From an uncultured Clostridium sp. (GTDB taxonomy: Bacteria; Bacillota; Clostridia; TANB77; CAG-508): 64,000 nucleotides of DNA. The position numbers and the translations under genes are program-made. Below the pieces are notes generated by a model. It worked only from the letters and a program-made list of their open reading frames with translations, was not told the origin of the DNA and ran no database searches. The stretch spans positions 15,997-79,996 of the forward strand of contig USHX01000001.1 of assembly GCA_900554565.1 (NCBI GenBank). The letters run 5' to 3'. Of this stretch, positions 1 to 10,778 are shown piece by piece; the stretch's first letter is position 1; every line of letters begins with the position of its first letter.

Positions 1-1576
1 AAAGCCTTCTTTATCTGCATCTAGAATAGCAACTAGTGAAACTTCTGGAATGTCTAGTCCTTCTCTTAACAGGTTTATTCCAACTAAAACATCGAACTCC
101 CCAAGTCTTAAATTACGTATAATTTCCATTCTTTCTAAGGCTTTAGTATCTGAATGCATGTAATTTACTTTTATGTCCAAGCTTTTTAAATATTCTGTTA
201 AATCTTCTGCCATCTTCTTTGTTAAAGTTGTAACTAATACTCTTTCTTTTCTTTCAACTCTTATTCTAATTTGTTCTATTAAATCATCAATTTGATTTGT
301 AACTGGTTTTACTTCTATTTTAGGATCTAATAGTCCTGTAGGTCTTATAATTTGTTCAACTACGTTATTTTTGCTATGTTCTTTTTCATAGTCTGCTGGT
401 GTTGCACTTACAAATACAACCTGATTTATTCTTTCTTCAAATTCTTTAAATGTTAAGGGTCTATTGTCAAAGGCTGATGGTAAACGGAATCCATAATTCA
501 CAAGTGACTCTTTTCTTGCTCTATCACCATTATACATTGCTCTCACTTGAGGTATTGTTGCATGTGATTCATCAATTAATAATAGAAAATCATCTGGAAA
601 ATAATCAAACAATGTATATGGTGGGCTACCCTCTGGTCTGCCGCTTATATGTCTTGAGTAGTTTTCTATTCCAGAACAGAACCCTGTTTCTTTCATCATT
701 TCTATATCAAAATTAGTTCTCTCTTCTATTCTTTGGGCTTCTATCAACTTGTTTTGAGATTTAAAATATTTAACCCTTTCCTCCATCTCTTGCTCAATAG
801 TAACAATAGCTCTATCCATCTTTTCTTTTGTTGTTACATAATGTGATGCTGGTGATATTAATATATGTCTTCTTGTTCCTATTGGTTTTCCTGTTAATGG
901 ATTTATTTGAGTTATTTTTTCAATTTCATCTCCCCAGAATTCGACTCTCACAGCTGTTTCAGATTGGTCTGATGGATAAATTTCAACAATATCACCTTTA
1001 GCTCTAAAAGTTCCTCTTTGGAAGTCTATCTCATTTCTTGTATATTGCATACTTATTAATTTTTTCAAAACTTCATTTCTTGATTTTTGCATACCTGGTC
1101 TTAATGATAACATCATCTCTTGGTAATCTATCGGATCTCCTAAACCATATATACATGAAACAGATGCAACTATAATTACATCTCTTGTTTCAAATAAAGA
1201 TAGTGTTGCTGAATGTCTTAATTTATCTATTTCATCATTAATTGATGAATCTTTTTCTATATATGTGTCTGTTGAAGGAATATAACTTTCTGGTTGGTAA
1301 TAATCATAATAGGAAACGAAATACTCAACATTATTTTCAGGAAAGAATTCTTTAAATTCACTATAAAGTTGCCCTGCTAATGTTTTGTTATGTGCTAAAA
1401 CTAGTGTTGGTTTTTGCACTTTTTGTATTATGTTCGCCATTGTAAATGTTTTTCCTGAGCCTGTAACTCCTAAAAGTGTTTGATATTTTTTTCCTTCTTC
1501 TATACCTTTTGATAAATATTCAATTGCTTGCGGTTGATCTCCTGTTGGTTTATATTCTGAATGTAATTTAAGCATC
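1..1576 (-). CDS. uvrB: Excinuclease ABC subunit B, N-terminal ~525 aa; C-terminus runs off the window start
   Basis: Minus-strand translation from the ATG at 1576 gives [71 protein letters not shown]..., a canonical UvrB N-terminus with Walker A. The ORF is open to position 1. Confidence 0.9.
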
Positions 1577-1669
1577 TATTCTCACCTTTTTTCTTATTTA
1601 TGTATTATAATAAATAAGTCCTTTATCTCTTTTAGAAACAAAGGACCAAAACAAAAATTATTTAAGAAT

Positions 1670-1948
1670 TTATTTTATTGCTATCATCAATTCATTGGGT
1701 TGAACTATTTTTTCTTCACTTCCAATCATATATTTAGCATTTGTAAAATATACATCATAATCCTTATTTTCAAAATAATTTCTACTCATTCTTAAAGTTT
1801 CATCAACTTCTTTCTCAGTCAAATTATATTTTACCCTTAATTCATAAAAAGTATATCTTATAAAATTCTCATTTTCATTAACTTTTTCATTAATTAAGTT
1901 TGTTATAAACATCTTTAGCTCTTTATCTGTCAATTTTCTCAACTCCAT
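1670..1948 (-). CDS. Small hypothetical protein (92 aa)
   Basis: ORF between uvrB and dxs; no recognisable motif. Confidence 0.35.
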   Translation of the reverse strand: MELRKLTDKELKMFITNLINEKVNENENFIRYTFYELRVKYNLTEKEVDETLRMSRNYFENKDYDVYFTNAKYMIGSEEKIVQPNELMIAIK

Positions 1949-2138
1949 TTTTATTTTTACATATTATATCACAAACTTTTCCAAAATTCTCCTATTTCAC
2001 AAAAAAATTACAAATTTATTTTTCCTTCAAAATTTTTAGAAATATAACTCTAATAATCTTTCGAATTGGAATTTCTTAAATTCTGTAATAAGCCGAGAAA
2101 AATTTATTAAAGTTATATTCTAAAGATTTGATTGAATT

Positions 2139-3902
2139 CTATTTTAGACTTTTTTCAACAAACTCAGTAATATTCTCAACAGTAACTCCATTATCTTTTA
2201 GTAACTCATTAACATCATATCTATCAGGGAAAAACTTCTCAATACCAAAATTCTTAACCTTAACATCAGAATCTCCGTAAAAACTTGCAACCTTTTGACC
2301 AAATCCCCCTTCAAGAATTCCATCTTCCAAAGTAAGAACCAACTCATGGTCAGCTTTTAGACTTTCTAGAAGTTCCTTATCAAGACCTGTCAAATATCTA
2401 GGATTAATTAATGTAGCATTTATATTCAATTTTTCTTCTAAAGCTTTTTGAACCGCTTCTCCTAATTGATAAAAATCACCAACTGCAATTATCGCAACTT
2501 TATTACCAGCATGTTCAACTTTAAATTTATTTAAATCACTATAATCTGTTTCAACTTCTCTATTATCATCAATAACACCATTGCAAGGAACCCTGATTGC
2601 AACAGGATGGCTATTTTGTTCAATTGACCAATCAAGCATTGCAAAATATTCCTTTTTAGAGGTTGGAGCAAGATAAACAAGATTTGGTATATTTGACATC
2701 ATAGCAATATCAAACAATCCTAAATGTGTTATATCATTCATACCATATACAGAAGCAGTATTTACAATTAAAGTTGCCGGATTATTATTTATACATAAAT
2801 CTTGTGATATTTGGTCATAAGTTCTTTGCATAAAACTAGAATGTGTAGCAAATATTGGTTTACCAGCATTTTTAGCAATACCAGAAGCTAATGCAACACC
2901 ATGTTCTTCTGCAATACCTACATCAACAAATTGTTTTCCAGCTGCCATTCTTCTATCTTTAGTAAATCCAATGTTAGTTGGAACACCTGCTACAATTGCT
3001 ACAACTTTTTCATCTTTTTTCATTTTTTCTAATAGATATTCTGCTGTTAAATTTCCATAGTCTTCTCCATTAAAAGTAACCTTTGATTTTCCTGTTTCAA
3101 TATCAAAAGGCATTGTCCAGTGCCAATTTTCTTTATTTTCTTCTGCAATTTTATATCCTTTACCTTTTTGAGTATTTATGTGTACAACAATTGGATGATT
3201 TATGTCTTTTACTTTTTCAAAAGTTTTTATAAGCTCTTCTATATTATTTCCTTCATTAACATATACATAATCAAGTCCCATTGCTTTAAATAAATTACAT
3301 TCACTTGTTCCATTTGTCTCTCTTAATAATTTCAAGTTCTTGTATAGTCCACCATGATTTTCTGCAATTGACATATCATTGTCATTTACCACAATAATAA
3401 AGTTTTTATTTTGTTCTCCTGCAAAATCTAGACCTTCTAATGCTTCTCCACCACTTAGTGAACCATCACCTATAACAGCTATTACATTATAGTTTTCGTT
3501 TTTTAAGTCTCTTGCTTTTGCTAATCCTGATGCTAAACTAACAGATGTTGATGTATGTCCTATTTTAAAGAAATCATGTTCGCTTTCATCTGGATCTGAG
3601 TAACCTGTTACATCATCATATTTGTCTTCATATATAAAAGCATCTTTTCTTTTTGTTAAAATTTTGTGTGGATAGCTTTGATGTGATACATCAAAAACGA
3701 TTTTATCAACTGGTGAATTAAATACATAATGCATTGCTATTATAGCTTCTAGCATTCCAAAATTTGGTCCAAAATGTCCACCATGTATACTTAATTTTTT
3801 TAATAATATTTCTCTTATTTCTCCTGCTAGTTTTTCTAGCTCTTCATTTGATAAACCTTTTATATCATTTGGTTCATTTACTTTGTTTAAAATTTCTAAC
3901 AT
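2139..3902 (-). CDS. dxs: 1-deoxy-D-xylulose-5-phosphate synthase (transketolase-like, TPP-dependent)
   Basis: 587 aa. N-terminal IHGGHFGPNFGMLEAIIAMHYVFNSPVDKIVFDVSHQSYPHKILT and GDGSLSGGEALEGLDFAG TPP-binding motifs typical of DXS. Confidence 0.8.
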   Translation of the reverse strand: MLEILNKVNEPNDIKGLSNEELEKLAGEIREILLKKLSIHGGHFGPNFGMLEAIIAMHYVFNSPVDKIVFDVSHQSYPHKILTKRKDAFIYEDKYDDVTGYSDPDESEHDFFKIGHTSTSVSLASGLAKARDLKNENYNVIAVIGDGSLSGGEALEGLDFAGEQNKNFIIVVNDNDMSIAENHGGLYKNLKLLRETNGTSECNLFKAMGLDYVYVNEGNNIEELIKTFEKVKDINHPIVVHINTQKGKGYKIAEENKENWHWTMPFDIETGKSKVTFNGEDYGNLTAEYLLEKMKKDEKVVAIVAGVPTNIGFTKDRRMAAGKQFVDVGIAEEHGVALASGIAKNAGKPIFATHSSFMQRTYDQISQDLCINNNPATLIVNTASVYGMNDITHLGLFDIAMMSNIPNLVYLAPTSKKEYFAMLDWSIEQNSHPVAIRVPCNGVIDDNREVETDYSDLNKFKVEHAGNKVAIIAVGDFYQLGEAVQKALEEKLNINATLINPRYLTGLDKELLESLKADHELVLTLEDGILEGGFGQKVASFYGDSDVKVKNFGIEKFFPDRYDVNELLKDNGVTVENITEFVEKSLK

Positions 3903-4096
3903 TTAAATCTCCTCCTAATAAATTATTTAACAATATTTTTATATCACTTAGAGTGTACTCCATGTCAATACTTTTTTTATTTAATTATGATTTTATTCTT
4001 TCCTAATTCTCATGAACTATCCATAATACTCTATTTACTTGCCATTTCAAACAAATCGTGTTACTATATTAACATATCATATAGGAGGAACTGGTT

Positions 4097-4591
4097 ATGA
4101 ATATTGTGTTCCTAGATGTTGATGGAGTTTTAAATAATCTTAATGATGCAATAGCCTTTAGAAACAAATATAATCGGGCTTTTGGTTCAGGTTTTGACTG
4201 GCCTTTTAACAAAGAATCTATGGAATGCCTTCGCAAAATTGTATTAAAATCTGATGCTAGAATAGTTATTGTTTCTACTTGGAGAAAATCTCCTGAAGGT
4301 CGCCGCATTTTAACAAATAAATTAAAAGAATATGGACTTGCAGACAGGATTGAAGGTTCAGTGTCAGATTTAGCACGTACTTTCACATATTCACGGGGAT
4401 ATGAAATTTATGAATTTCTTACTAAATACCCTAATAGTAATTTTGTTATATTAGATGATGAATCTTATAGAGATTTTACTAATATTGGTGGGCTAGACTT
4501 AACCAAACATTTAGTTTATTTAGATAGATTTGTTGGTTTAAAGAAAAAGCATGTCAAATATGCACTAAAGATTTTAAACTCCAAATTTTAA
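4097..4591 (+). CDS. HAD-superfamily hydrolase-like protein
   Basis: HAD motif I FLDVDGVL at the N-terminus, VIVSTWR (motif II) and FVILDDES (motif IV). RBS AGGAGG upstream. Noticeably GC-richer codon usage (CGG, CGC, GGC codons) than its neighbours. Confidence 0.6.
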   Translation: MNIVFLDVDGVLNNLNDAIAFRNKYNRAFGSGFDWPFNKESMECLRKIVLKSDARIVIVSTWRKSPEGRRILTNKLKEYGLADRIEGSVSDLARTFTYSRGYEIYEFLTKYPNSNFVILDDESYRDFTNIGGLDLTKHLVYLDRFVGLKKKHVKYALKILNSKF

Positions 4592-4619
4592 AAGGGACTT
4601 ATTATAGCCCCTTTTTATT

Positions 4620-6074
4620 CTATATATTTTTAATATTTTTTCTTTTAAATACCATAAATGTTGTAATAAACATTATTGCAAAATAAATTAAACATATTAT
4701 TATTGAAAAGTTTCTTGTCATTCCTTCCAACATTGGTAAATTTCCAAATAAATATTGGCTAAAATCCCAATTTGGTGTTACAAAATATTTTATAAATTTA
4801 ATATTATGGTGTACTGCTAATACATTTATTGTACTAGCACTCATATATCCTAACAATGGTAATGCTATTGATACTGCTGAATTTGTAAATAATGTACTAA
4901 AGCTAAATGCAAGTGTTGCAAGCAATAACACTATAGGTAATTGTGCTAAAACATTTAAACCTAAATACTTAAATATATTCATCTGTTCTAATGCATGTGT
5001 ATTAAAATTATATTGTACTACAGGTATATTAAGACTGCTAGTTCCAAATACAATGCTTCCTACAATTAGTTCCATTAATATTATTGAAACAAAAGCAAAT
5101 ACAATCATAATTAATATAGTTATAAATTTAGCGAACAATATTTTGTTTCTACTATATGGCTTAACTAATAAGAGTTTTATAGTTCCTTTATTAAATTCTT
5201 CACTTACAATTGTACCTGCTATCATTACAACTAATACAATTATAAACAAGCCATATTCACCAAAAAAGCTTTTTAATATTCCTCTTACATCATTTACTTT
5301 ATTTACATCTTGTTTGTTTTCTATTATATATTTACTTACTTCTTTATTCTCTAAGCTTTGATTATATTCTTTTTGTTCTTTAAATGATAATTTTTCATCT
5401 TTTTTATATGAAGCTAATGTTTTTGAATTATTTTGATAATCATCTAAAGCTGTGTTTAAATAATCATTTCCATATTTTATATCTTTGTCTACTCTATATC
5501 TTGCCGCTTCTAAGTCTATTTTAGCAAGTTCTATTGATTGGTTTAAATCATCTAATTCTTGTTTATCTTCTGTATTATTTTTTTGCTCTTCTAGAGTTTT
5601 TAAATTTTCTTCTAGTTTCTTTACTTCCTCATTTGCAAAGTACTTCCAATCATTATTATCCAGCTTTCCTATTATTTCTTCTATTTTTCTATTTACTTCT
5701 TCAGCCTTTTTGGTATCTTTTCCTTCACCATATAAATATGTATTTCTTTCATTTATGTATGTAGCAACATTGCTATTAACTATTTGTGCTTGCCAATCAT
5801 CTTGATTATATTTTTTAGCTAGATCATACACATCAATTTCTGTTTTTAAACTTATGTATGTATTTGTATCACTTGGGTTATTAGGGTCTAATTTAGATAT
5901 TTCTTGTTTTGCATAATCTATGTAATTGTCACTATAATATGATGTAGAGTTATTGTAGAAATATTTATATATACAATTTGTTAGTATAATAAATCCTAGT
6001 ATTACAAATAATGTTATATATACACTTTTCTTTTTAAAGATTTTTGTTAATTCATTTTTTATTAAATTATTCAA
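4620..6074 (-). CDS. ABC-2 type transporter permease with large extracytoplasmic coiled-coil domain
   Basis: 484 aa. N-terminal TM, ~230 aa charged coiled-coil region, then 5 C-terminal TM helices. Start overlaps the stop of the upstream ABC ATPase by 8 nt (translational coupling). Confidence 0.6.
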   Translation of the reverse strand: MNNLIKNELTKIFKKKSVYITLFVILGFIILTNCIYKYFYNNSTSYYSDNYIDYAKQEISKLDPNNPSDTNTYISLKTEIDVYDLAKKYNQDDWQAQIVNSNVATYINERNTYLYGEGKDTKKAEEVNRKIEEIIGKLDNNDWKYFANEEVKKLEENLKTLEEQKNNTEDKQELDDLNQSIELAKIDLEAARYRVDKDIKYGNDYLNTALDDYQNNSKTLASYKKDEKLSFKEQKEYNQSLENKEVSKYIIENKQDVNKVNDVRGILKSFFGEYGLFIIVLVVMIAGTIVSEEFNKGTIKLLLVKPYSRNKILFAKFITILIMIVFAFVSIILMELIVGSIVFGTSSLNIPVVQYNFNTHALEQMNIFKYLGLNVLAQLPIVLLLATLAFSFSTLFTNSAVSIALPLLGYMSASTINVLAVHHNIKFIKYFVTPNWDFSQYLFGNLPMLEGMTRNFSIIICLIYFAIMFITTFMVFKRKNIKNI

Positions 6075-6970
6075 TTATATTACCTCCTGTCTTTTCAAAG
6101 AACGCTTGTTCTAGTGTTTTTTCTTCTTCTTTTATTCCATAAATTAGAAATCCTTTTTGTACAAGTGAATATACAATATCAGGTATTTCTTCTTTTTTTA
6201 CATCTAATTTAAAATGTCCTTTATCTATTACAATTGCTTCTTTTATATAATTTGTTATTTTGTCAGCATTACTTACTTCAAATATTTTATATTCAGCATT
6301 ATTTTTTATTTTTGTTATATCACTTGTTTCAATAATATTTCCATTTTTGATTATACAAACTTTATTACATAAATTATCTAGTTCAGCTAAGTTATGACTA
6401 GAAATTAATATTGCCATTTGCTCTTTTTTGGCAAGTTCTAGTAAAAGTTCTCTCATTTCTTTTATACCTTCAGGATCTAATCCATTTGTTGGTTCATCTA
6501 ATATTAATAGTGATGGCTTATGTAATATTGCTTGAGCTATTCCAAGTCTTTGTCTCATTCCAAGAGAATATTTTGATACTTTGTCATGTATTCTAGTATC
6601 TAGCTTTACTAACTTCACCACTTCATCAATTCTATTTTTGTCTATTCCTTTATATAAGTTAGCTATTAATTTTAGATTTTCATATCCTGATAAGTACATG
6701 TACATATCTGGGCTTTCAACAATTGCACCTACTTTGCTGATTGCTTTTGTAAAGTCCTTTTTGATATTAAATCCATTTATTAATACTTCACCACTTGTTA
6801 TACTTTGAAGACCTAGTATTAATTTTATTGTTGTTGTTTTCCCGTGCACCATTTGGTCCTATAAATCCTAATATGTCACCTTTCTCTATTTCAAATGATA
6901 CATTTTTCAAAATTTGCTTTTTGCCAAAATTTTTATTTAAATTTTTACATCTTAAAACTGGTATTTCCAT
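6067..6970 (-). pseudogene. ABC transporter ATP-binding protein, frameshifted inside the Walker A motif
   Basis: Two overlapping minus-strand ORFs (6788..6970 and 6067..6852). The first ends GFIGPNGARENNNN, the second continues ...GKTTTIKLILGLQSITSGEV. Coding strand reads ggt gca C ggg aaa aca. Removing the C restores the canonical GPNGAGKTTTIK. On the plus strand the extra base is the g at 6844. Confidence 0.8.
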
Positions 6971-7124
6971 TTTTCTCCTCCCTTTCTATTGTCATTTTAG
7001 CACAATAATATCCTAATTACTATTTATTTTTTCTTAATTTTTACTAGACATCGAATTTTGTTTGTGTTATTATTATAATATCATAAACAAAAGAAATGAA
7101 ATTTTTTCAAATGGAGGTTTAAAA

Positions 7125-7547
7125 ATGACAAAATTAAAAAACATAAGAGTAATTACAATAATAGCTATTATAGCTTTATTTTTAGGTTTTAACTGTTGCT
7201 ATGCAGTTGATTTAAATTTAACAGACGATGATTTAACAAGCGGTCTTTCAAATAATAGTAATAACACATCTAATAGTAATAACACATCAAATGACTCAAA
7301 TACATCAAATAATTCAAGTACTAATGAAAATACAAATACTGATAATTCTTCAAATAGCACAAACAACTCTACATCAACAGATAATAGCACTTCAACTAAT
7401 GAATCTTCACCATCAGCTAAGGTTTCAACACTATCATCTTCTGATAATGAATTAAGTTTGTCAAATATTTTAAATATTCTTTTAATTGTAATTGGTGTTT
7501 TATTAGTTTTACTTGCTATAGCAATACTAATAAGATTAAAAAAATAA
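7125..7547 (+). CDS. Small surface/membrane-anchored protein with an S/N/T-rich low-complexity region
   Basis: RBS GGAGG 8 nt upstream of MTKLKNIRVITIIAIIALFLGF (signal peptide). Long N/S/T low-complexity stretch and a C-terminal hydrophobic anchor ending LIRLKK. Confidence 0.5.
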   Translation: MTKLKNIRVITIIAIIALFLGFNCCYAVDLNLTDDDLTSGLSNNSNNTSNSNNTSNDSNTSNNSSTNENTNTDNSSNSTNNSTSTDNSTSTNESSPSAKVSTLSSSDNELSLSNILNILLIVIGVLLVLLAIAILIRLKK

Positions 7548-7696
7548 GATTATATACAAAGCTCTAAGTCAATTAGGGCTTTTATTTTTTCAATTTTTTC
7601 ATGTATATTTTGTCCAATTTTTTAAATACTATTAATAGTATTTATTTTTCTTTGTCTGAAAAATAATATTTTAATTTTTAAATAGGAGGAATTTTT

Positions 7697-8146
7697 ATGA
7701 ACAAGAAAATAGGAATTAGTATTGCTATTATTATTTCCATGATTTTTTCTTTTACTGTTTGTTTTGCAAATGATGGTGGAAATATGGTTCAAGATGCTGC
7801 AAATGGTGTAAGAAATGTAGTTGGTGGAGCAGAAAATGCTGTTGAAGATGCTGCCAAAGGTGTTACTGATGGCGCTAAAAATATAACTAACAACATAGAA
7901 AATGTCGGAAATAAAGCGGAAAACAAAGCTTCAAATATGACAAGTTCAGATAATTCTAGAATGTCTACTAATAATAGTTACACAGCTACTAGAACATCTA
8001 CTGGAACAGAAGCTAATACTTTTATGGGTATGACTGCAACTTCTTGGACTTGGCTAATTATGGGTATAGCTGCTATAGCAATTATTGCTTTAGTTTGGTA
8101 TTACTCTGCTCAAATGCGTTCTTCTAATTATGATGACCGTGATTAA
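7697..8146 (+). CDS. Small secreted/membrane-anchored protein (signal peptide plus C-terminal TM)
   Basis: RBS AGGAGG. MNKKIGISIAIIISMIFSFTVCFA signal peptide and a C-terminal TM helix (WTWLIMGIAAIAIIALVWYY). Confidence 0.5.
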   Translation: MNKKIGISIAIIISMIFSFTVCFANDGGNMVQDAANGVRNVVGGAENAVEDAAKGVTDGAKNITNNIENVGNKAENKASNMTSSDNSRMSTNNSYTATRTSTGTEANTFMGMTATSWTWLIMGIAAIAIIALVWYYSAQMRSSNYDDRD

Positions 8147-8221
8147 TTTTTGTATTTAACTTTTAGTTTTTTTGTGTTATAATAATTTATAGTTTTTATA
8201 ATTTTAGAAAGGTGAATTATT

Positions 8222-8677
8222 ATGAATACAAAATTAATAGCTAAAAATCCCACAGCTCATCATAATTATACTATTGAAGACAAAATAGAAACTGGTATTG
8301 TTTTATCAGGTACTGAAATAAAATCAATTAGAAGCGGAAAAGTCAATTTAAAAGACTCATATGCTATGATAAAAAATGGAGAAGTATTTGTTTTAGGTAT
8401 GCATATAAGTCCATATGAACACGGAAATATTTTTAACAAAGACCCTTTACGTAATAGAAAATTATTACTTAATAGAAGGGAAATAAATAAATTAATAGGT
8501 TTAACTAAGCAAAAAGGATATAGTTTGGTTCCTATTAGTCTATACTTTAAAGGTAGTTTAGTAAAATTAGAACTTGGCATTGGAAAAGGTAAAAAACTTT
8601 ATGATAAAAGACAAGATATGGCTAAAAGAGATGCTCAAAGACAAATTGCTGCTAGTTTAAAAAATAAACAATATTAG
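8222..8677 (+). CDS. smpB: SsrA-binding protein SmpB
   Basis: 151 aa. [30 protein letters not shown]...[11 protein letters not shown]...[14 protein letters not shown], a canonical SmpB. Confidence 0.9.
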   Translation: MNTKLIAKNPTAHHNYTIEDKIETGIVLSGTEIKSIRSGKVNLKDSYAMIKNGEVFVLGMHISPYEHGNIFNKDPLRNRKLLLNRREINKLIGLTKQKGYSLVPISLYFKGSLVKLELGIGKGKKLYDKRQDMAKRDAQRQIAASLKNKQY

Positions 8678-8690
8678 TTTTAATAATAAA

Positions 8691-8750
8691 TGAGACTAAA
8701 ATATTAAACTTTTTGTTTAACGTTTTAGTCTCATTTCTCTTTTTAGTATA
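8691..8750. terminator. Hairpin plus T-run between smpB (+) and fba (-), likely a bidirectional terminator
   Basis: gagactaaa ... tttagtctc inverted repeat followed by tttctcttttt. Confidence 0.45.
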
Positions 8751-8762
8751 AAATTTTACTTT

Positions 8763-9692
8763 TTAGATTTTATTACTTGAACCGAAAACATCTTTCATTT
8801 TGTGTTCTACTGTTTCTTTTATTAGTTCTCTTGCAGGTCCTAAATATTTTCTTGGATCAAAAACACTTGGATCTTCTGTAAATTCTTTTCTTATTCCAGC
8901 TGTCATTGCTAATCTTAAATCTGTATCTACATTGATTTTTGATACTCCTGATTTACTTGCTTCATGTAGTATTTCATCTGGTACACCTTTTGCTCCAGGT
9001 ATATTTCCGCCATACTCATTGCACATTTGTACTAATTCAGGAATAACTGTTGAAGCTCCGTGTAATACTATTGGAGTATTTGGAATTCTTTCTTTTATTT
9101 CTTTTAGTATATCAAATCTTAATTTAGCTTCACCTTTAAATTTGTAAGCTCCATGGCTTGTTCCAATTGCTATTGCTAATGAATCACAACCTGTTCTTTT
9201 TACAAATTCTTCTGCTTGTGCAGGGTCTGTATACATTGCATCATCTGCTGCTACATTTACATCATCTTCAATTCCGGCTAATTTTCCTAGTTCCGCTTCT
9301 ACAACAACACCTTTAGAGTGTGCATAATCAACAACTTTCTTTGTTAATGCTACATTTTCTTCAAAATCATATTTTGAACCATCTATCATAACAGATGTAA
9401 ATCCGTTATCTATACACATTTTAGCTGTTTCAAAATCTGGTCCATGGTCTAAGTGTATTGCTACTGGAACTTCTGGGTGTTCTTCTACAGCTGCTTCTAC
9501 CATTTTCATTAAATAACCTACTCTAGCATATTTTATAGCACTAGATGAAGCTTGTAATATAACTGGTGATTTGCTTTCTGCTGCTGCATCCATTATTCCT
9601 TGTATTATTTCCATGTTGTTAACATTAAATGCTCCTATTGCATATCCTTCTTTCATTGATTTTTCAAACATTTCTTTTGTTGTTACTAACAT
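8763..9692 (-). CDS. fba: Fructose-bisphosphate aldolase, class II
   Basis: MLVTTKEMFEKSMKEGYAIGAFNVNNMEIIQGIMDAAAESKSPVILQASS...HLDHG, with class II FBA motifs. RBS AAGGAA upstream of the MLVTT start; the first ATG at 9713 has no RBS. Confidence 0.85.
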   Translation of the reverse strand: MLVTTKEMFEKSMKEGYAIGAFNVNNMEIIQGIMDAAAESKSPVILQASSSAIKYARVGYLMKMVEAAVEEHPEVPVAIHLDHGPDFETAKMCIDNGFTSVMIDGSKYDFEENVALTKKVVDYAHSKGVVVEAELGKLAGIEDDVNVAADDAMYTDPAQAEEFVKRTGCDSLAIAIGTSHGAYKFKGEAKLRFDILKEIKERIPNTPIVLHGASTVIPELVQMCNEYGGNIPGAKGVPDEILHEASKSGVSKINVDTDLRLAMTAGIRKEFTEDPSVFDPRKYLGPARELIKETVEHKMKDVFGSSNKI

Positions 9693-9774
9693 ATTATCAT
9701 TCCTTTCTTTCATTTGTTTTTTACTGCATTCATTTTATTTCTATTTTTATAATATGTCAAGTAATTTTTTGCAA

Positions 9775-9942
9775 TTATTCTTCTTGATATTCGTAACTTC
9801 CACACATTGATTCATCAGGGCTACAAGTGTCACAGTCTTCTATTGGTTCTACATTTATTGATTGTAATGTGCATTTAAAATCTTTACTATTATTAAATCT
9901 ACAACTTGTTACTGTACAATTGATTTCTTGATTTTTTTCCAT
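9775..9942 (-). CDS. DUF1540-like small cysteine-rich protein
   Basis: MEKNQEINCTVTSCRFNNSKDFKCTLQSINVEP...CDTC, two C-x-V-x-x-C-type repeats. RBS GGAGG 7 nt upstream of MEKNQ. Confidence 0.5.
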   Translation of the reverse strand: MEKNQEINCTVTSCRFNNSKDFKCTLQSINVEPIEDCDTCSPDESMCGSYEYQEE

Positions 9943-10011
9943 TTTATACCTCCACATTTTAAGAGTATTTGGACAAGAATTGTCCATACTTATATTATAT
10001 AAAATTTTATT

Positions 10012-10722
10012 TTATTTATTCTCTTTTTCTATAGTATTACAATTTTGTTCTTGTATACATTTAGTTTCTGGCTCTTTAAAGCTTAGATACCAACTTATTC
10101 CATTTCGATTTTTTTGAATTTCATCTACTCTAACTTTTAATCCATCATATGTTTTTGGAATTGGTACAATAACAGGATTGTATGGCATCCAGTTTGCAGC
10201 AGTTGAGCCATTTGTACAATCTGCCACTTGTAATGCTCTAACAACTCTTAATATTTCAGGTATAAATCTTCCAACATTCATTGGATATATTAAAATTGTT
10301 CTTACTATTTGTTTATCATCAATTATAAATACATTTCTTACTGTTTGGCTATTACTTACATCACTTGAAATCATTCCATATTTTCTCGCTATTTCACCAT
10401 TTCTGTCTGCAATTATTGGAAATGATATTTGAACTCCTGTTCTACAATATATATCATATACCCATGCTAAATGTGATGGATTGCTGTCTACACTTAATCC
10501 TAATAATTCTGTATTTATTTGTTTAAAGTATGTATGTGCTTTTGTAAATGCTATCATTTCTGTTGTACATACTGGTGTAAAATCTCCTGGATGCGAAAAT
10601 AGTACTAGCCATTTTCCTTTGTAGTCTTCTATATTGACTGTCCCAAATGTTGTTTCTGCTGTGAAGTCTGGTGCTTTTTGTCCTATTTTTACATTTCCAT
10701 TCATCATTAATTCATAATCCAT
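10012..10722 (-). CDS. Peroxiredoxin (1-Cys Prx / Prx6-like, AhpC/TSA family)
   Basis: KIGQKAPDFTAETTFG...WLVLFSHPGDFTPVCTTE peroxidatic cysteine motif. RBS AAAGGAG. Confidence 0.85.
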   Translation of the reverse strand: MDYELMMNGNVKIGQKAPDFTAETTFGTVNIEDYKGKWLVLFSHPGDFTPVCTTEMIAFTKAHTYFKQINTELLGLSVDSNPSHLAWVYDIYCRTGVQISFPIIADRNGEIARKYGMISSDVSNSQTVRNVFIIDDKQIVRTILIYPMNVGRFIPEILRVVRALQVADCTNGSTAANWMPYNPVIVPIPKTYDGLKVRVDEIQKNRNGISWYLSFKEPETKCIQEQNCNTIEKENK

Positions 10723-10778
10723 AAAAAATAAACTCCTTTCATTTTTTATATTTTATGAATAGAGTTTATTTTTAGTTC

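Noticed and set aside
7200-7440. Apparent tandem DNA repeats (aataacacatctaatagtaataacacatcaaat...)
   Set aside because: They lie inside the 7125..7547 CDS and encode its N/S/T low-complexity region. It is not a CRISPR, VNTR or mobile-element repeat.
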